Assembly: GCA_965223415.1 (NCBI GenBank) | Contig: OZ245002.1 | Span: forward strand, 384,001-448,000 | Source of the DNA: Myxococcota bacterium | GTDB taxonomy: Bacteria; Myxococcota_A; UBA9160; UBA6930 | Reading direction: 5' to 3' | Length of the DNA stretch: 64,000 bases | Program-made: the position numbers and the translations under genes | Part shown: positions 28,781 to 37,643 of the stretch, in pieces | How positions within the stretch are numbered: the first letter of the stretch is position 1 | Layout of the letters: every line of letters starts with the position of its first letter | The notes under the pieces: model-generated | Database searches by the model: none | Told to the model about the DNA's origin: nothing | What the model saw: only the letters and a program-made list of their open reading frames with translations

Positions 28781-29331
28781 CAGCGCTCACCTCCGAGCAA
28801 GTCGCGCAAGGCGCGGTAGCCGCGATGGGCACGCAGCTTGAGGGCGCCCGGGCTCACGCCGGCCCGACGCGCCGCCTCCTGCACCGAGAGACCCTCGAGC
28901 TTCAGTAGGGTCACCGCCTCGCGCTGGCTGGCCGGAAGGCGGTCGAGGGCCCGCACCATCGGCCGCGAGAGGGGCCCTTCCGCCGGGGGCGGGTCGGCGG
29001 GCAGGGTGTCGGGGGCGGTCTCGCCTTGCCGGCCCCGCTCCCGAGCACGCCGCCGCGCCTGGTCGACGCTGGCGTTGCGGGCGATGGCACGAACCCACGG
29101 CAGGAGCGGCCGATCCGGGTGGTAGGTGTGCCGCGCGGTGTGGATCCGGATCAGGACCTCCTGGACCACGTCCTCGTCCGCCGGGTCGTCGCCGATGCGC
29201 CCGCGCACCGCGCTCCGCACGTAGGGGAGCAGCTCGCCCAGGAGACGCTGGTAGGCGACCGCGTCGCCGGCCTGGGCCGCCGCCATCCAGCTCCGCCAGC
29301 GGTCGGCTCGCTCGTCTCGCTCCTTGGCCAT
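28777..29331 (-). CDS. ECF sigma factor (SigF/ECF16-like)
   Basis: MAAAQAGD..AY..LL, EDVVQEVL..IH..RHTY.P.RP..PW..AIAR, LP..QRE, K..AHRG. Confidence 0.9.
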   Translation of the reverse strand: MAKERDERADRWRSWMAAAQAGDAVAYQRLLGELLPYVRSAVRGRIGDDPADEDVVQEVLIRIHTARHTYHPDRPLLPWVRAIARNASVDQARRRARERGRQGETAPDTLPADPPPAEGPLSRPMVRALDRLPASQREAVTLLKLEGLSVQEAARRAGVSPGALKLRAHRGYRALRDLLGGERW

Positions 29332-29431
29332 GGGCGGGTCCAGGGTAGCTCCGACCGGCTCGGCGGGGTCCGGACCCAGGAAGTGGGCGCGCCGGGTCGC
29401 TCGGGCCGCCACGGGAAGACGGGAGCGCTGG

Positions 29432-29457
29432 GTAACTCCGACTGCCACGCCGACGTA
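29432..29457 (+). promoter_or_regulatory. ECF16/SigF-type promoter GTAACT-N16-CGTA
   Basis: Matches the GTAACC-N16-CGAA type; points toward the divergent lipoprotein gene at 29511. Confidence 0.6.
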
Positions 29458-29510
29458 CTACGTTCGGGACGCCGGCGCGGTTTCGCGAGCCGGCCGGAGG
29501 AGGCCCGACC

Positions 29511-30155
29511 TTGGCCACGCAACCCCCGCTGCTGGTGGGCCTCCTGGTGTTGGCCCTCGCATGCGCCGCGCGTCCCACCCCCTCGGGCCCCCCGGACCCC
29601 CTGCGCTACCGGCTGGCCGGCAGCGGAAGGCATTGGGACGTGGCGGGAAGCGATCGGGTCTACGAGGACCTGGCGCCACGCTACCCGGACTTCTTCGCGG
29701 TGCTCGCGGATCCCAGCCGCAGCGACGACCCACCGACGGAGGACCTGCGTGACGATCTGGAGGCGCGGCCGGTCGACCGGGCGAACTTCGACGCCCTCAA
29801 CGCCCTCGCCATCGGCTACTACGAGATGAACTACCGGGGCGAGCGGGCCCGCGAGGCGGGAGACGTGGAGTTCGTGAGTGCCGGCTTCCGCGCGGCGAAG
29901 CTGGTGGCGGTGCCCTGGCGGGCCTACATGGAGATCGAGGATCCGGAGCTTCTCGATGCGATCGTCGATTTCTTCGACGACGTCGCCACCGGCGAGAAGC
30001 TCGGCTCGGCCCGCACCATGGGGCGCCTGGCGAAGATCGTGGAATCTCTCGTGCCGAAGGAGAGCGATCCGGCGCGGAGGGCACGGCTCACGGCCCTGGC
30101 CGAGCGGCTGCTCGCGTCGATTCCGCCCCTGCCGGGCGGTCCGGAAGAGCCGTAG
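29511..30155 (+). CDS. Hypothetical lipoprotein
   Basis: GGAGGAGG RBS, TTG start, lipobox-like ALAC; typical codon usage. Confidence 0.75.
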   Translation: MATQPPLLVGLLVLALACAARPTPSGPPDPLRYRLAGSGRHWDVAGSDRVYEDLAPRYPDFFAVLADPSRSDDPPTEDLRDDLEARPVDRANFDALNALAIGYYEMNYRGERAREAGDVEFVSAGFRAAKLVAVPWRAYMEIEDPELLDAIVDFFDDVATGEKLGSARTMGRLAKIVESLVPKESDPARRARLTALAERLLASIPPLPGGPEEP

Positions 30156-30185
30156 GCGACGGACGACCTCGGCACGGCCGACGCT

Positions 30186-31826
30186 TCAGTAGGCGGCGAC
30201 CTGGCGCTCCCGCCAGAAGACAAGCGCCCGGTCGAGGAGCAGGCCCGCGCCCAGCAGCATGCCCACGATGCGGAACAGGAAGCCGATCCACGGCAGGTGG
30301 AAGGCGATGGTGACCAGCACCAGACCCACCAGCAGCGCCAGCCCCACGTCGCGCAAGGAATCGGTCCGTGGCGAGGTGACGGCGCGGCCGATCAGCGTCG
30401 CCAGCAGGAGGACCGACACGTACCAGGCCATCGCGAACAACCCGGCACCGATCAGCGCCAGGGGGATGCCGACGACGGTGAGGGCGACGACTGCGAGCAC
30501 CATCGGAGCCAGGATGCCGAAGGCGAAGCCCAGCCCGAGCGCACGGAAGAACTCGGCGCCGGAGGCCACGCCGGCCTCGAAGAGTGAAGGCACGAGCGTG
30601 TGCAGCAGCAGGCCGACGCCGAAGGCCGCCGCGAGCCACACGAGCCGCCACAGGTAGAAGGCCGGCTGCTCGTAGTGGGAGCGCATCTGGAGGGCCGGAT
30701 CGCCGGGGAGGACCTGGAGCGTGCCCGCCACCTCTGCGCCCTCGTCGATGCGGGCGTCCTCCTCCTCATCCACGTGGGCGACGAGATCGCCGCCCACGAC
30801 GCTGCCCGCCATCACCGTGATCTGCTCGGACCAGAACTCGGCATGGCGGCCGATGCGCCCCTGGATCTCGCCGCGGGCGATGCCGCCGGTGAGGTCCCGC
30901 CCGATCGTCCCCTCGTGCACGAAGCGGTCGGAAACCACGACGGCGTCCCGCGAGACGACGGCGTCGGGCTCGATCGTGAGCCGATCCGAGCCGGCGTAGA
31001 GGCCCCGCTCGACGGTGCCCGAGATGCGCGACGACCCGCCGAAGGCGTGGACGGTGCCCTCGACGCGGCCGCCGAGCTCGAACTCCCGGGTGAGCACCCA
31101 CACGTCGCCTTCGACGACACCGCGGATCGCGACCCGCTCACAGAAGGCGACCAGGTTGCCGGCGATGCGTCCCTCGACGACGAGGGACTCGCCGCTCGTG
31201 ACGAGGCTCTGCTCCAGCACCTCGTCCGGGCCCACGTGCACCGACTGGTCGAGCCGCACGTCCGCAGCGGCACGCGCCGCCTCGGGGCCGCCCAGGCCGA
31301 CCGCCAGCGCGAGCAGCAGCCCCGAGCCGAGGGCCCTCGGGTCCTCGATGCGCCGCAGAAGGGCGGTGGTCACGAAGGTGATCAGGGCGGCCACGCTGGC
31401 GGTCACCGCGATGGCCAGCCCGAGCTCGAGCATGCCGGGGGCCCGGTCGCGAATCGTGAAGAGCAGGTCCAGGATCATCTCTTGTGCTCCGAAGAAGCGA
31501 CGGGGCCGGATCCAGTCCAGTCCCGAGGGCAGGCGGCTCTCGACGAGGAAGCCGAGGACGGCCACGACGCTCGCCAGCACGCCCAGGGCGACGGGGAAAC
31601 CGGTGGCCAGGCCCTGGGCAGAGGAGGTGGCCCGGGTCGACGGCGCAACGCTCGGCGCACGATCCCCGAGCACCTCGGAGATCTGCCGCGCCTCCGCCTG
31701 GAGGGCGAGCACCAGGCGGCGGCAGCGCTCGCAGCCGACCAGGTGGCTCTCGGCGGAGCGCAGCTCGTCGGGCAGGAGCTCGCTGTCGACGTAGGCTCCG
31801 AGGCTCCACTCGGGAGGACAGCTCAC
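30186..31826 (-). CDS. Zinc-binding anti-sigma (zf-HC2) fused to bactofilin-like beta-helix repeats and a C-terminal multi-TM domain
   Basis: HLVGCERC (HxxxCxxC); 2-3 TM; repeats V.I.G.V.GDV; C-terminal TM bundle with VVGIPLA. Confidence 0.82.
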   Translation of the reverse strand: MSCPPEWSLGAYVDSELLPDELRSAESHLVGCERCRRLVLALQAEARQISEVLGDRAPSVAPSTRATSSAQGLATGFPVALGVLASVVAVLGFLVESRLPSGLDWIRPRRFFGAQEMILDLLFTIRDRAPGMLELGLAIAVTASVAALITFVTTALLRRIEDPRALGSGLLLALAVGLGGPEAARAAADVRLDQSVHVGPDEVLEQSLVTSGESLVVEGRIAGNLVAFCERVAIRGVVEGDVWVLTREFELGGRVEGTVHAFGGSSRISGTVERGLYAGSDRLTIEPDAVVSRDAVVVSDRFVHEGTIGRDLTGGIARGEIQGRIGRHAEFWSEQITVMAGSVVGGDLVAHVDEEEDARIDEGAEVAGTLQVLPGDPALQMRSHYEQPAFYLWRLVWLAAAFGVGLLLHTLVPSLFEAGVASGAEFFRALGLGFAFGILAPMVLAVVALTVVGIPLALIGAGLFAMAWYVSVLLLATLIGRAVTSPRTDSLRDVGLALLVGLVLVTIAFHLPWIGFLFRIVGMLLGAGLLLDRALVFWRERQVAAY

Positions 31827-31860
31827 GGCGCCCCTCCCTTCCGGAGGCAGTACCCACAGC

Positions 31861-32541
31861 TCACGACCGGCTCCGGAGGCCCGGGCCCAGCTGTCGGCGC
31901 AGGCGGTCCTTCGAGCGGTGCAGCAGCACGCCGACCTGCTCCGGACGCAGCGCGAGCTGGTCGGCGATCTCCTGGTAGGAGAGCTCGGCGAAGTAGCGCA
32001 GCACGAGCGGCGCGCGGTAGCGGTCCGGCAAGGCGTCGATGGCGGCCGAGAGCAGCCGGCGCTCCTCCTCCCCCAGGGCCAGGGCGAGGGGTGAAGGCCC
32101 GCGCGCCGCCCGCCCGTCCGGGTCGAGATCCTCGGCGCTGAAGAGCCGGCCCTCCACCTGCCGGCGGCGCAGGCGATCGATGCAGTGATGGGAGGCGATG
32201 CCCAGGAGCCAGCGCCGGAAGGGCCGCTCGGCGTCGTAGCTCCCGAGGGCGGTCTGGACCCGGAGGAAGACCTCGGCGCGAGCATCCTCCGCCTCGACCG
32301 GCGAGCGGAGCAGGCGCCCGCACAGGCGGGCGACGTCGTCCTGGAACTCCTGGTACAGGTCGGCCAGGGCCGAGCGGTCGCCGAGCTGGGCGCGCCGGAG
32401 CCGCTGCTCCAGGCTCTCCGGCCCTCCGGTGGCCCCGGAGGCGTCCGGCTCGCGATTCCGGGACGGGCCGGTCTCGCTGGCTGCGCCACGCTCAGTCACG
32501 GCGACTGGAGCTTGGGGCATGGGAAGCGCGAAGGCCATCAC
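31861..32541 (-). CDS. ECF sigma factor (SigW-like)
   Basis: EAED...EVFL, SYD..RPF..WL..IA.HHCID.LRRR, LPDRYR..LVLRY..ELSYQEIA. Confidence 0.9.
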   Translation of the reverse strand: MMAFALPMPQAPVAVTERGAASETGPSRNREPDASGATGGPESLEQRLRRAQLGDRSALADLYQEFQDDVARLCGRLLRSPVEAEDARAEVFLRVQTALGSYDAERPFRRWLLGIASHHCIDRLRRRQVEGRLFSAEDLDPDGRAARGPSPLALALGEEERRLLSAAIDALPDRYRAPLVLRYFAELSYQEIADQLALRPEQVGVLLHRSKDRLRRQLGPGLRSRS

Positions 32542-32547
32542 CCCTTC

Positions 32548-32574
32548 TACGAGCCGGGCGCGGAGGATCTTTCG
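32548..32574 (-). promoter_or_regulatory. Possible SigW-like autoregulatory promoter CGAAAG-N17-CGTA
   Basis: Resembles TGAAAC-N16/17-CGTA; lies directly upstream of the ECF gene. Confidence 0.35.
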
Positions 32575-32619
32575 ACGAATCGTCCAGGGGCAGCGAGGAG
32601 CAAGCTGTGGCGGGAAGCC

Positions 32620-33093
32620 TCAGCCCTCGGCCAGGACCGCCACCAGGTCCAGGGAGCTGACCACCCCGGCCAGGGCGCCTTTCTCGACCACCAGCACCCG
32701 GTGGATGCGCTGGTCCGTCATCAGCCGGGCGATCTCCCGGATGGGGGCGTCGGCCTCCACCGCCAGCACGTCGCGGGTCATGATCTCCCGCACCCGGGTC
32801 TTCTCGAGGAGCTCGAAGGCATCATGGGTGGGATCGCCCCGCGGGAGCTCGTCGTCCGCCATCTGCGGATCCGTTGCGTAGAAGGCCGAGGCCGCGGCCT
32901 CGCGACTTCGCTCCCGCGACACGAAGCGGTCGATGTCCCGGCGGGACACCACGCCCACGATGGTGCCGCCGTCCACGACCGGGGCCCCGGAGATGCGCGC
33001 GTCGTAGAGCACGCGCTCCAGCTCCACGAGCGTGACGCTCGACGGGACGGAGACGACCTGGGAGGACATGATGTCGCGGGCGGTGCGGTTCAT
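32620..33093 (-). CDS. CBS-domain pair protein
   Basis: ARDIMS, ISGAPVVD, VREIMT, IHRVLVV, GVVSSLD. Confidence 0.9.
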   Translation of the reverse strand: MNRTARDIMSSQVVSVPSSVTLVELERVLYDARISGAPVVDGGTIVGVVSRRDIDRFVSRERSREAAASAFYATDPQMADDELPRGDPTHDAFELLEKTRVREIMTRDVLAVEADAPIREIARLMTDQRIHRVLVVEKGALAGVVSSLDLVAVLAEG

Positions 33094-33119
33094 GGGCGCC
33101 TCTGGTGCAACATCCATTC

Positions 33120-34358
33120 CTAGCTGTATCGCGCCTGCTTGCCCCGGGACGCTCCGTGGCTCTTCACCGCATCGCGGAGATCGGCGAGGAATTCGTCCAC
33201 CACGCTCCGGTGCTTCGGGCTGATCATCAGGTGGAGGGCGTCCGGGCCGTGCTGGCGGTCGATGCACCAGCCCCGGTCGTCCATCACGTCGCCGATCGCG
33301 AAGAGATCCGCATCGGCGCCCGGAGCCGTCGTAAAGGCGAACACGCTCATGATCGGCTGGCCCACCACGGTGAGCTCCGGGATCGCCTCGATGCCCTCGC
33401 GGAAGGCCCGGACCGCCTCGCGGATCTCGCCGGCCAGCCGCACGTAGCCTTCCTCGCCGAGGTAGTGGAGGATCGCCCAGGCCGCGGCGATCGGGGCCGC
33501 CGGCCGTGCCCCGGCCATGGCGAAGGAGAGATACAGGCCGCCGGGCCAACGGTCGTACAGGAAGCGCTGGTACTTCTTCAGGTGCTCGCCATCCCGGTGC
33601 GTCACGACGGAGGCGCCCTTCGTGGCATAGCCGTACTTGTGCACGTCGGCGGAGATGGTCGTCACCCCGGGCACGCGGAAGTCGAAGGGCGGCACGGGCT
33701 CGCCGAGCCTCTCGTAGAAGGGAAGCAGGAAGCCGCCAAGACAGGCGTCGGTGTGGAAGGAGATGCCGCGCTCGGCAGCCATGCCGGCCATCTCGGGAAT
33801 CGGGTCCGCGGTGCCGAACGGGTAGTTCGGGCAGGAGCCGACGATCAGCGCCGTGCGCTCGCCGATGAGCTTTTCGGTCTCCCGCAGGTCCGCCCGATAG
33901 TCGGCGTCGATCGGGATCTGGACGTGCTCCAGGCCCAGGTAGTGAGCGGCCTTGCCGAAGGCCGGGTGCGCGGAGACCGGCGCCAGGAGTTGGGGCTCGG
34001 TGACGCCGCGCTCGGCCTTGGCGCGGTCCCGGGCCGCCTTCACCGCCATGATGATGCTCTCGGTCCCGCCGGAGGTCATGCAGCCCGCCGCCTCCTCCGG
34101 CGCGTGCAGCAGCCCCTTCGTGATGTCGACGACCTCGACCTCCATCTGACTAAGGCTCGGGAAGCGAAGCGGATTGAGCGCGTTCTCGTAGAGGTAGAGG
34201 TTGTTGGCATCCGAGAGCACCTCGTCGACCTCGTCTCCGGCGGGGTAGACGAGGCTGAAGGTGCGTGCGCCGTGCCAGTCGGCATCCTGGGCCTTGCGCT
34301 TCCGCATCGTCGCCAGCAGCGCTTCGCGATCGGTTCCCTGCTTCGGGAGGGTGGTCAT
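33120..34358 (-). CDS. PLP-dependent group II enzyme, sphingosine-1-phosphate-lyase-like
   Basis: NALNP..FPS, TSGGTESI, AHPAF.KAAHY, HTDACLGGF, SADVHKYGY (PLP Lys). Confidence 0.88.
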   Translation of the reverse strand: MTTLPKQGTDREALLATMRKRKAQDADWHGARTFSLVYPAGDEVDEVLSDANNLYLYENALNPLRFPSLSQMEVEVVDITKGLLHAPEEAAGCMTSGGTESIIMAVKAARDRAKAERGVTEPQLLAPVSAHPAFGKAAHYLGLEHVQIPIDADYRADLRETEKLIGERTALIVGSCPNYPFGTADPIPEMAGMAAERGISFHTDACLGGFLLPFYERLGEPVPPFDFRVPGVTTISADVHKYGYATKGASVVTHRDGEHLKKYQRFLYDRWPGGLYLSFAMAGARPAAPIAAAWAILHYLGEEGYVRLAGEIREAVRAFREGIEAIPELTVVGQPIMSVFAFTTAPGADADLFAIGDVMDDRGWCIDRQHGPDALHLMISPKHRSVVDEFLADLRDAVKSHGASRGKQARYS

Positions 34359-35134
34359 GATGAGGTGGCCTCCGGTGTCGGGCGCCGCACGGGCACCCAG
34401 CGGTTCGGGGTGAAGCCGGTCGAGCCATCGACGGTTCCGGCCGGGCTGTAGTGGTAGACCATGGCGGCGCGGATGCCCTCCGAGCCGTTGTCCGTCGAGC
34501 GGTGCATCAGGTGGCTGTCGAACAGCAGGAGGTCGCCGGGATCCATCAGCACCGGCACCGCCGCGCTCATGTCGTGGTCCACGATTTCCACGTAGCCGAA
34601 CTGGGCGTGCTCGCGGCGATCGGGCACGTGAGCGTGGACCGGCTCGCGGTGGGAGCCTGGCAGCACCCAGAGCGGACCGTTGTCGCGGGTCGCTTCCGTG
34701 ACGGCGACCCACACCCCGACCTGACGCTGCGGCTCGAACGGAAAGTAGTAGGCATCCTGGTGCCAGGGCTGCCCGAGGGCGCCCGGGTTCTTGAAGATGA
34801 ACTGGGAGAGGAAGCAGTCGAGGGCGGGGCCCAGCAGGCTCTCCACCCGATCGAGGAGCGCCGAGCCGCGCGAGAAGGGCGCGAACACCGGATCGTCGGC
34901 GTGCAGGCGGAAGATCTTCCCGACCGCATCCTCGGGCCGCTCCGCCCCGGCCCGGAGGGCGGGCTCGGGCATGACGAAGGCCTCGCCTTCCGCCCCGCCG
35001 GCCGCGCGATCCCGGGCGATCGCCACGGCGCGGGCGAGCATCGCCTCGGGCTCCGCGGTGGCGGCGAAGCCGGGGAGGACCACGAAGCCGTCCCGCTCCC
35101 AGTCCTCGAGCTGCTCGGGGGTGAGGCCCGCCAC
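34355..35134 (-). CDS. Phytanoyl-CoA dioxygenase (PhyH) family protein
   Basis: DGFVVL, PWHQD (HxD), WVA, NGPL.VLPGSH, LMHRS..N, R; ATGA-coupled to the lyase-like gene. Confidence 0.9.
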   Translation of the reverse strand: MAGLTPEQLEDWERDGFVVLPGFAATAEPEAMLARAVAIARDRAAGGAEGEAFVMPEPALRAGAERPEDAVGKIFRLHADDPVFAPFSRGSALLDRVESLLGPALDCFLSQFIFKNPGALGQPWHQDAYYFPFEPQRQVGVWVAVTEATRDNGPLWVLPGSHREPVHAHVPDRREHAQFGYVEIVDHDMSAAVPVLMDPGDLLLFDSHLMHRSTDNGSEGIRAAMVYHYSPAGTVDGSTGFTPNRWVPVRRPTPEATSS

Positions 35135-35190
35135 GCCGGCAGCGTACCACCGGTGGGAACGGACCATGGGGACCGCGTACCCTCGGCGCC

Positions 35191-35853
35191 ATGACCGACC
35201 TCGACGACGCCTGGCTCTCCCGGGACCCGCTGCCCGACGATCCGCTGCCCCTGCTGGCCACCTGGCTCGAGCAGGCCTTCGCCGACGGCCGCCAGCCGAA
35301 CCCCCACGCCATCGCCCTCGCCACGGTCCGGGAGGACGGGCGACCCGCCGTGCGCATGGTGCTCTGTCAGGCGGTCGAGGCCGAGGACGGTGCCCTCGTC
35401 TTCTATACCCACCGGCAGAGCTGCAAGGGCCGGGAGCTCGCCGGCCTCCCCTACGCGGCGGCCTGCTTCTCCTTCGGGCCGATGGGGAGGCAGGCCCGGG
35501 TGTCCGGGCCGGTCGCCTGGACCCTCGACGCCGAGTCCGACGCCTACTTCGCCACCCGGCCGGTGGAGAGCCAGGTCGGAGCCTGGGCCAGCCAGCAGAG
35601 CGCACCGATCGACTCCCGGGGCGCCCTCGAGGCGCGGGTCGAAGCGGAGGCGGCGCGCCTCGGCGTCCCCTCCCGGGGCGATGCCCCTTCCGATCGGGTG
35701 CCCCGGCCGGCCGCGTGGGGTGGCTACCGGCTTCGGGCCGAACGGGTGGAGCTGTGGCACTCGCGACCCGGCCGCATCCACGATCGGGCGGAGTGGCGGC
35801 GCAGCCTCGAGCCCGGCCCGCGGCCTTGGTGCGTCGAGCGGCTGCAGCCGTAG
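35191..35853 (+). CDS. pdxH: Pyridoxine/pyridoxamine 5'-phosphate oxidase
   Basis: LATV, RMVL, FYT..S.KG.EL, RQ.RV.G, YFATRP..SQ.GAWAS.QS, WGGY, RIHDR. Confidence 0.93.
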   Translation: MTDLDDAWLSRDPLPDDPLPLLATWLEQAFADGRQPNPHAIALATVREDGRPAVRMVLCQAVEAEDGALVFYTHRQSCKGRELAGLPYAAACFSFGPMGRQARVSGPVAWTLDAESDAYFATRPVESQVGAWASQQSAPIDSRGALEARVEAEAARLGVPSRGDAPSDRVPRPAAWGGYRLRAERVELWHSRPGRIHDRAEWRRSLEPGPRPWCVERLQP

Positions 35854-35873
35854 GGCGGGCCCCCAGAACGGAA

Positions 35874-35905
35874 AGGCCCGAAGACGCTTGCGCGGCTCCG
35901 GGCCT
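35874..35905 (-). terminator. GC-rich hairpin, probable intrinsic terminator
   Basis: AGGCCCG 35874-35880 pairs with CGGGCCT 35899-35905; followed by TTCCGTT on the minus strand. Confidence 0.5.
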
Positions 35906-36022
35906 CCCTGGGAAGGGGATATTTGGCTTTCACGGGTTATGTGGCGCGATCGGCCTGCTCGTGTCAGCCAAAGTCGAGAAAGTTGAAAAGTTCCCGAGGA
36001 CCAATCCCCTCGGGGAAGCGAA

Positions 36023-36460
36023 TCATCGAGTGAGCTCGAAGGCCACGACGAGCTTGCCGTCCTTCCAGCCCCAGCCCCCGAAGATCAGGGGCTTCCTCCC
36101 CCGGACCCGGAAGTCGCCCTGGGTGGTCCCGGCGTCGATCGCGACGAGCACGCCGGGGCCCACCGGATCGATCGGCCGGAAGCGGAAGGCGCCGCCGTTG
36201 GGAAGCGTCACGCTGCCCATCTCGTTCGCCGCGACCCGCAGCCGGCGGCTCTTCACCACCCTCAGGCCCTCGTAGCGAACCTGCGGGCGGAGCAGCCGGT
36301 CGTAGCGCTGGGCGCCCTTGCCGACCTTCCCTTCCGGCGTGGCGTGGAGCACCGTCACCTGGAAGGCAAAGACCTCGCCCTCGGCCGATGCGTTGCCGGC
36401 CGTCAGCACGGTGGCTGCCAGGAGGGCGAGGGCGAGGCCCCAGCGGCTAGGAGACGGCAC
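36023..36460 (-). CDS. Small exported protein, third gene of an ECF operon
   Basis: GAGGAGG RBS; signal peptide ending ASA; beta-rich mature part. Confidence 0.7.
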   Translation of the reverse strand: MPSPSRWGLALALLAATVLTAGNASAEGEVFAFQVTVLHATPEGKVGKGAQRYDRLLRPQVRYEGLRVVKSRRLRVAANEMGSVTLPNGGAFRFRPIDPVGPGVLVAIDAGTTQGDFRVRGRKPLIFGGWGWKDGKLVVAFELTR

Positions 36461-36947
36461 GGTCGTTCCTCCTCGAGACCTGGTCGGCGTTGTCCAGGAT
36501 CCAGATGATCGTGGCCTCGCCGTCATCCTGGAGCACGGCCGCCGACCGCTCTCCGGTGTCGAGCCAGCGCACGGAGCGCGGGTCGGGAGCATCGCCCCAA
36601 TCCAGACCCACGGCCAACACCAGGGCCGTCGCCGCCGCGAGGGCGCCCGCCGGCAGCCAGCGGCTCGGGGCGAGCCAGGGCGAAGCGGTCTCTTCCGCCG
36701 GCGCCGGGGCGCGCTGCGGCATCCGCGCGTGGATGCCGGGCCACAGGTCCGGCGTCGGGGCGAGGGCTTCCTCCTCGCGCAGCAGCTCGGCCAGGCTGGC
36801 GAGCCCCGCCAGCTCCGCCCGGGCCCGGGCGTCCCGCGCCAGCCAACGGCGCACGCGCCAGCGGGCCAGGGGGCCGAGCTCACCGTCGTGATAGGCGGCC
36901 AGCTGCTGCTGATGATGTTCGTCCAGGGTGGTGGTTTCGGGCGTCAT
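36447..36947 (-). CDS. Single-TM anti-sigma factor (no zinc ligands)
   Basis: LAAYHDGEL N-terminal ASD, DLWPGI, one TM; coupled to the sigma gene. Confidence 0.8.
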   Translation of the reverse strand: MTPETTTLDEHHQQQLAAYHDGELGPLARWRVRRWLARDARARAELAGLASLAELLREEEALAPTPDLWPGIHARMPQRAPAPAEETASPWLAPSRWLPAGALAAATALVLAVGLDWGDAPDPRSVRWLDTGERSAAVLQDDGEATIIWILDNADQVSRRNDRAVS

Positions 36948-37573
36948 CACGGATCTCCCGGCGATGGGGCGTTCGGCGCGGCGCCGACCTCGAGGAGGAA
37001 GCTCTGGAGCTGTTTGCGGGCGTAGTGGAGGCGACTCATGACCGTGCCCTTCGGGATCTCGAGGGCCTTGGCGATCTCGGCGTAGGAGAGGCCTTCGACC
37101 TCCCGCAGCACCAGGGTCTCCCGGGCCGCCTCCGGGAGGCGCTCGATCGCCCGGGCCAGCTGACCCCGCAGCTGCTTGCGGGCGACCTCCGCGGCCGGCG
37201 CGAAGGCGACACCGTCGACCTCCACCGGCGGCTCCTCGGCCAGCGCCGACTCGACGGCGCCGCCTTCCTCCCACTCCACGTGGCGGTCGGATTTGTCGCG
37301 GCGTTTGGCGTCGAGGCACTGGTTCATCACGAGTCGGTACAGCCAGGTGTAGAACCTGGAGCGGCCCTCGAACTTCGGGAGCGCGTTCCAGGCCTTGAGG
37401 AAGGCGTCCTGCACCGCGTCCCGGGCCGCGTCCTCGTCCCGCAGCACCCGCAGGGCCAGCCGGTAGGCTCGGCCCTGGTAGCGCTCGACGAGCACCCGGT
37501 AGGCGTCGGCGTCCCCCGCCTTGGCCCGGCGGATCGCCTCGTCATCGGGCGGCCCGACGGAGTCGGCGGTCAC
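36947..37573 (-). CDS. ECF sigma factor (RpoE-like)
   Basis: D.VQDAFLKAW..L..F.G.S.FYTWLYR, LRE.EGLSY.EIA..L.IPKGTVMSRL..AR. Confidence 0.93.
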   Translation of the reverse strand: MTADSVGPPDDEAIRRAKAGDADAYRVLVERYQGRAYRLALRVLRDEDAARDAVQDAFLKAWNALPKFEGRSRFYTWLYRLVMNQCLDAKRRDKSDRHVEWEEGGAVESALAEEPPVEVDGVAFAPAAEVARKQLRGQLARAIERLPEAARETLVLREVEGLSYAEIAKALEIPKGTVMSRLHYARKQLQSFLLEVGAAPNAPSPGDP

Positions 37574-37643
37574 AGGATCTTCCTCATCGGTCCGGGTGTG
37601 GGACGCAGCGCGGGAGCCGGGTATTCGGTGCGCCGAGGCGGGC

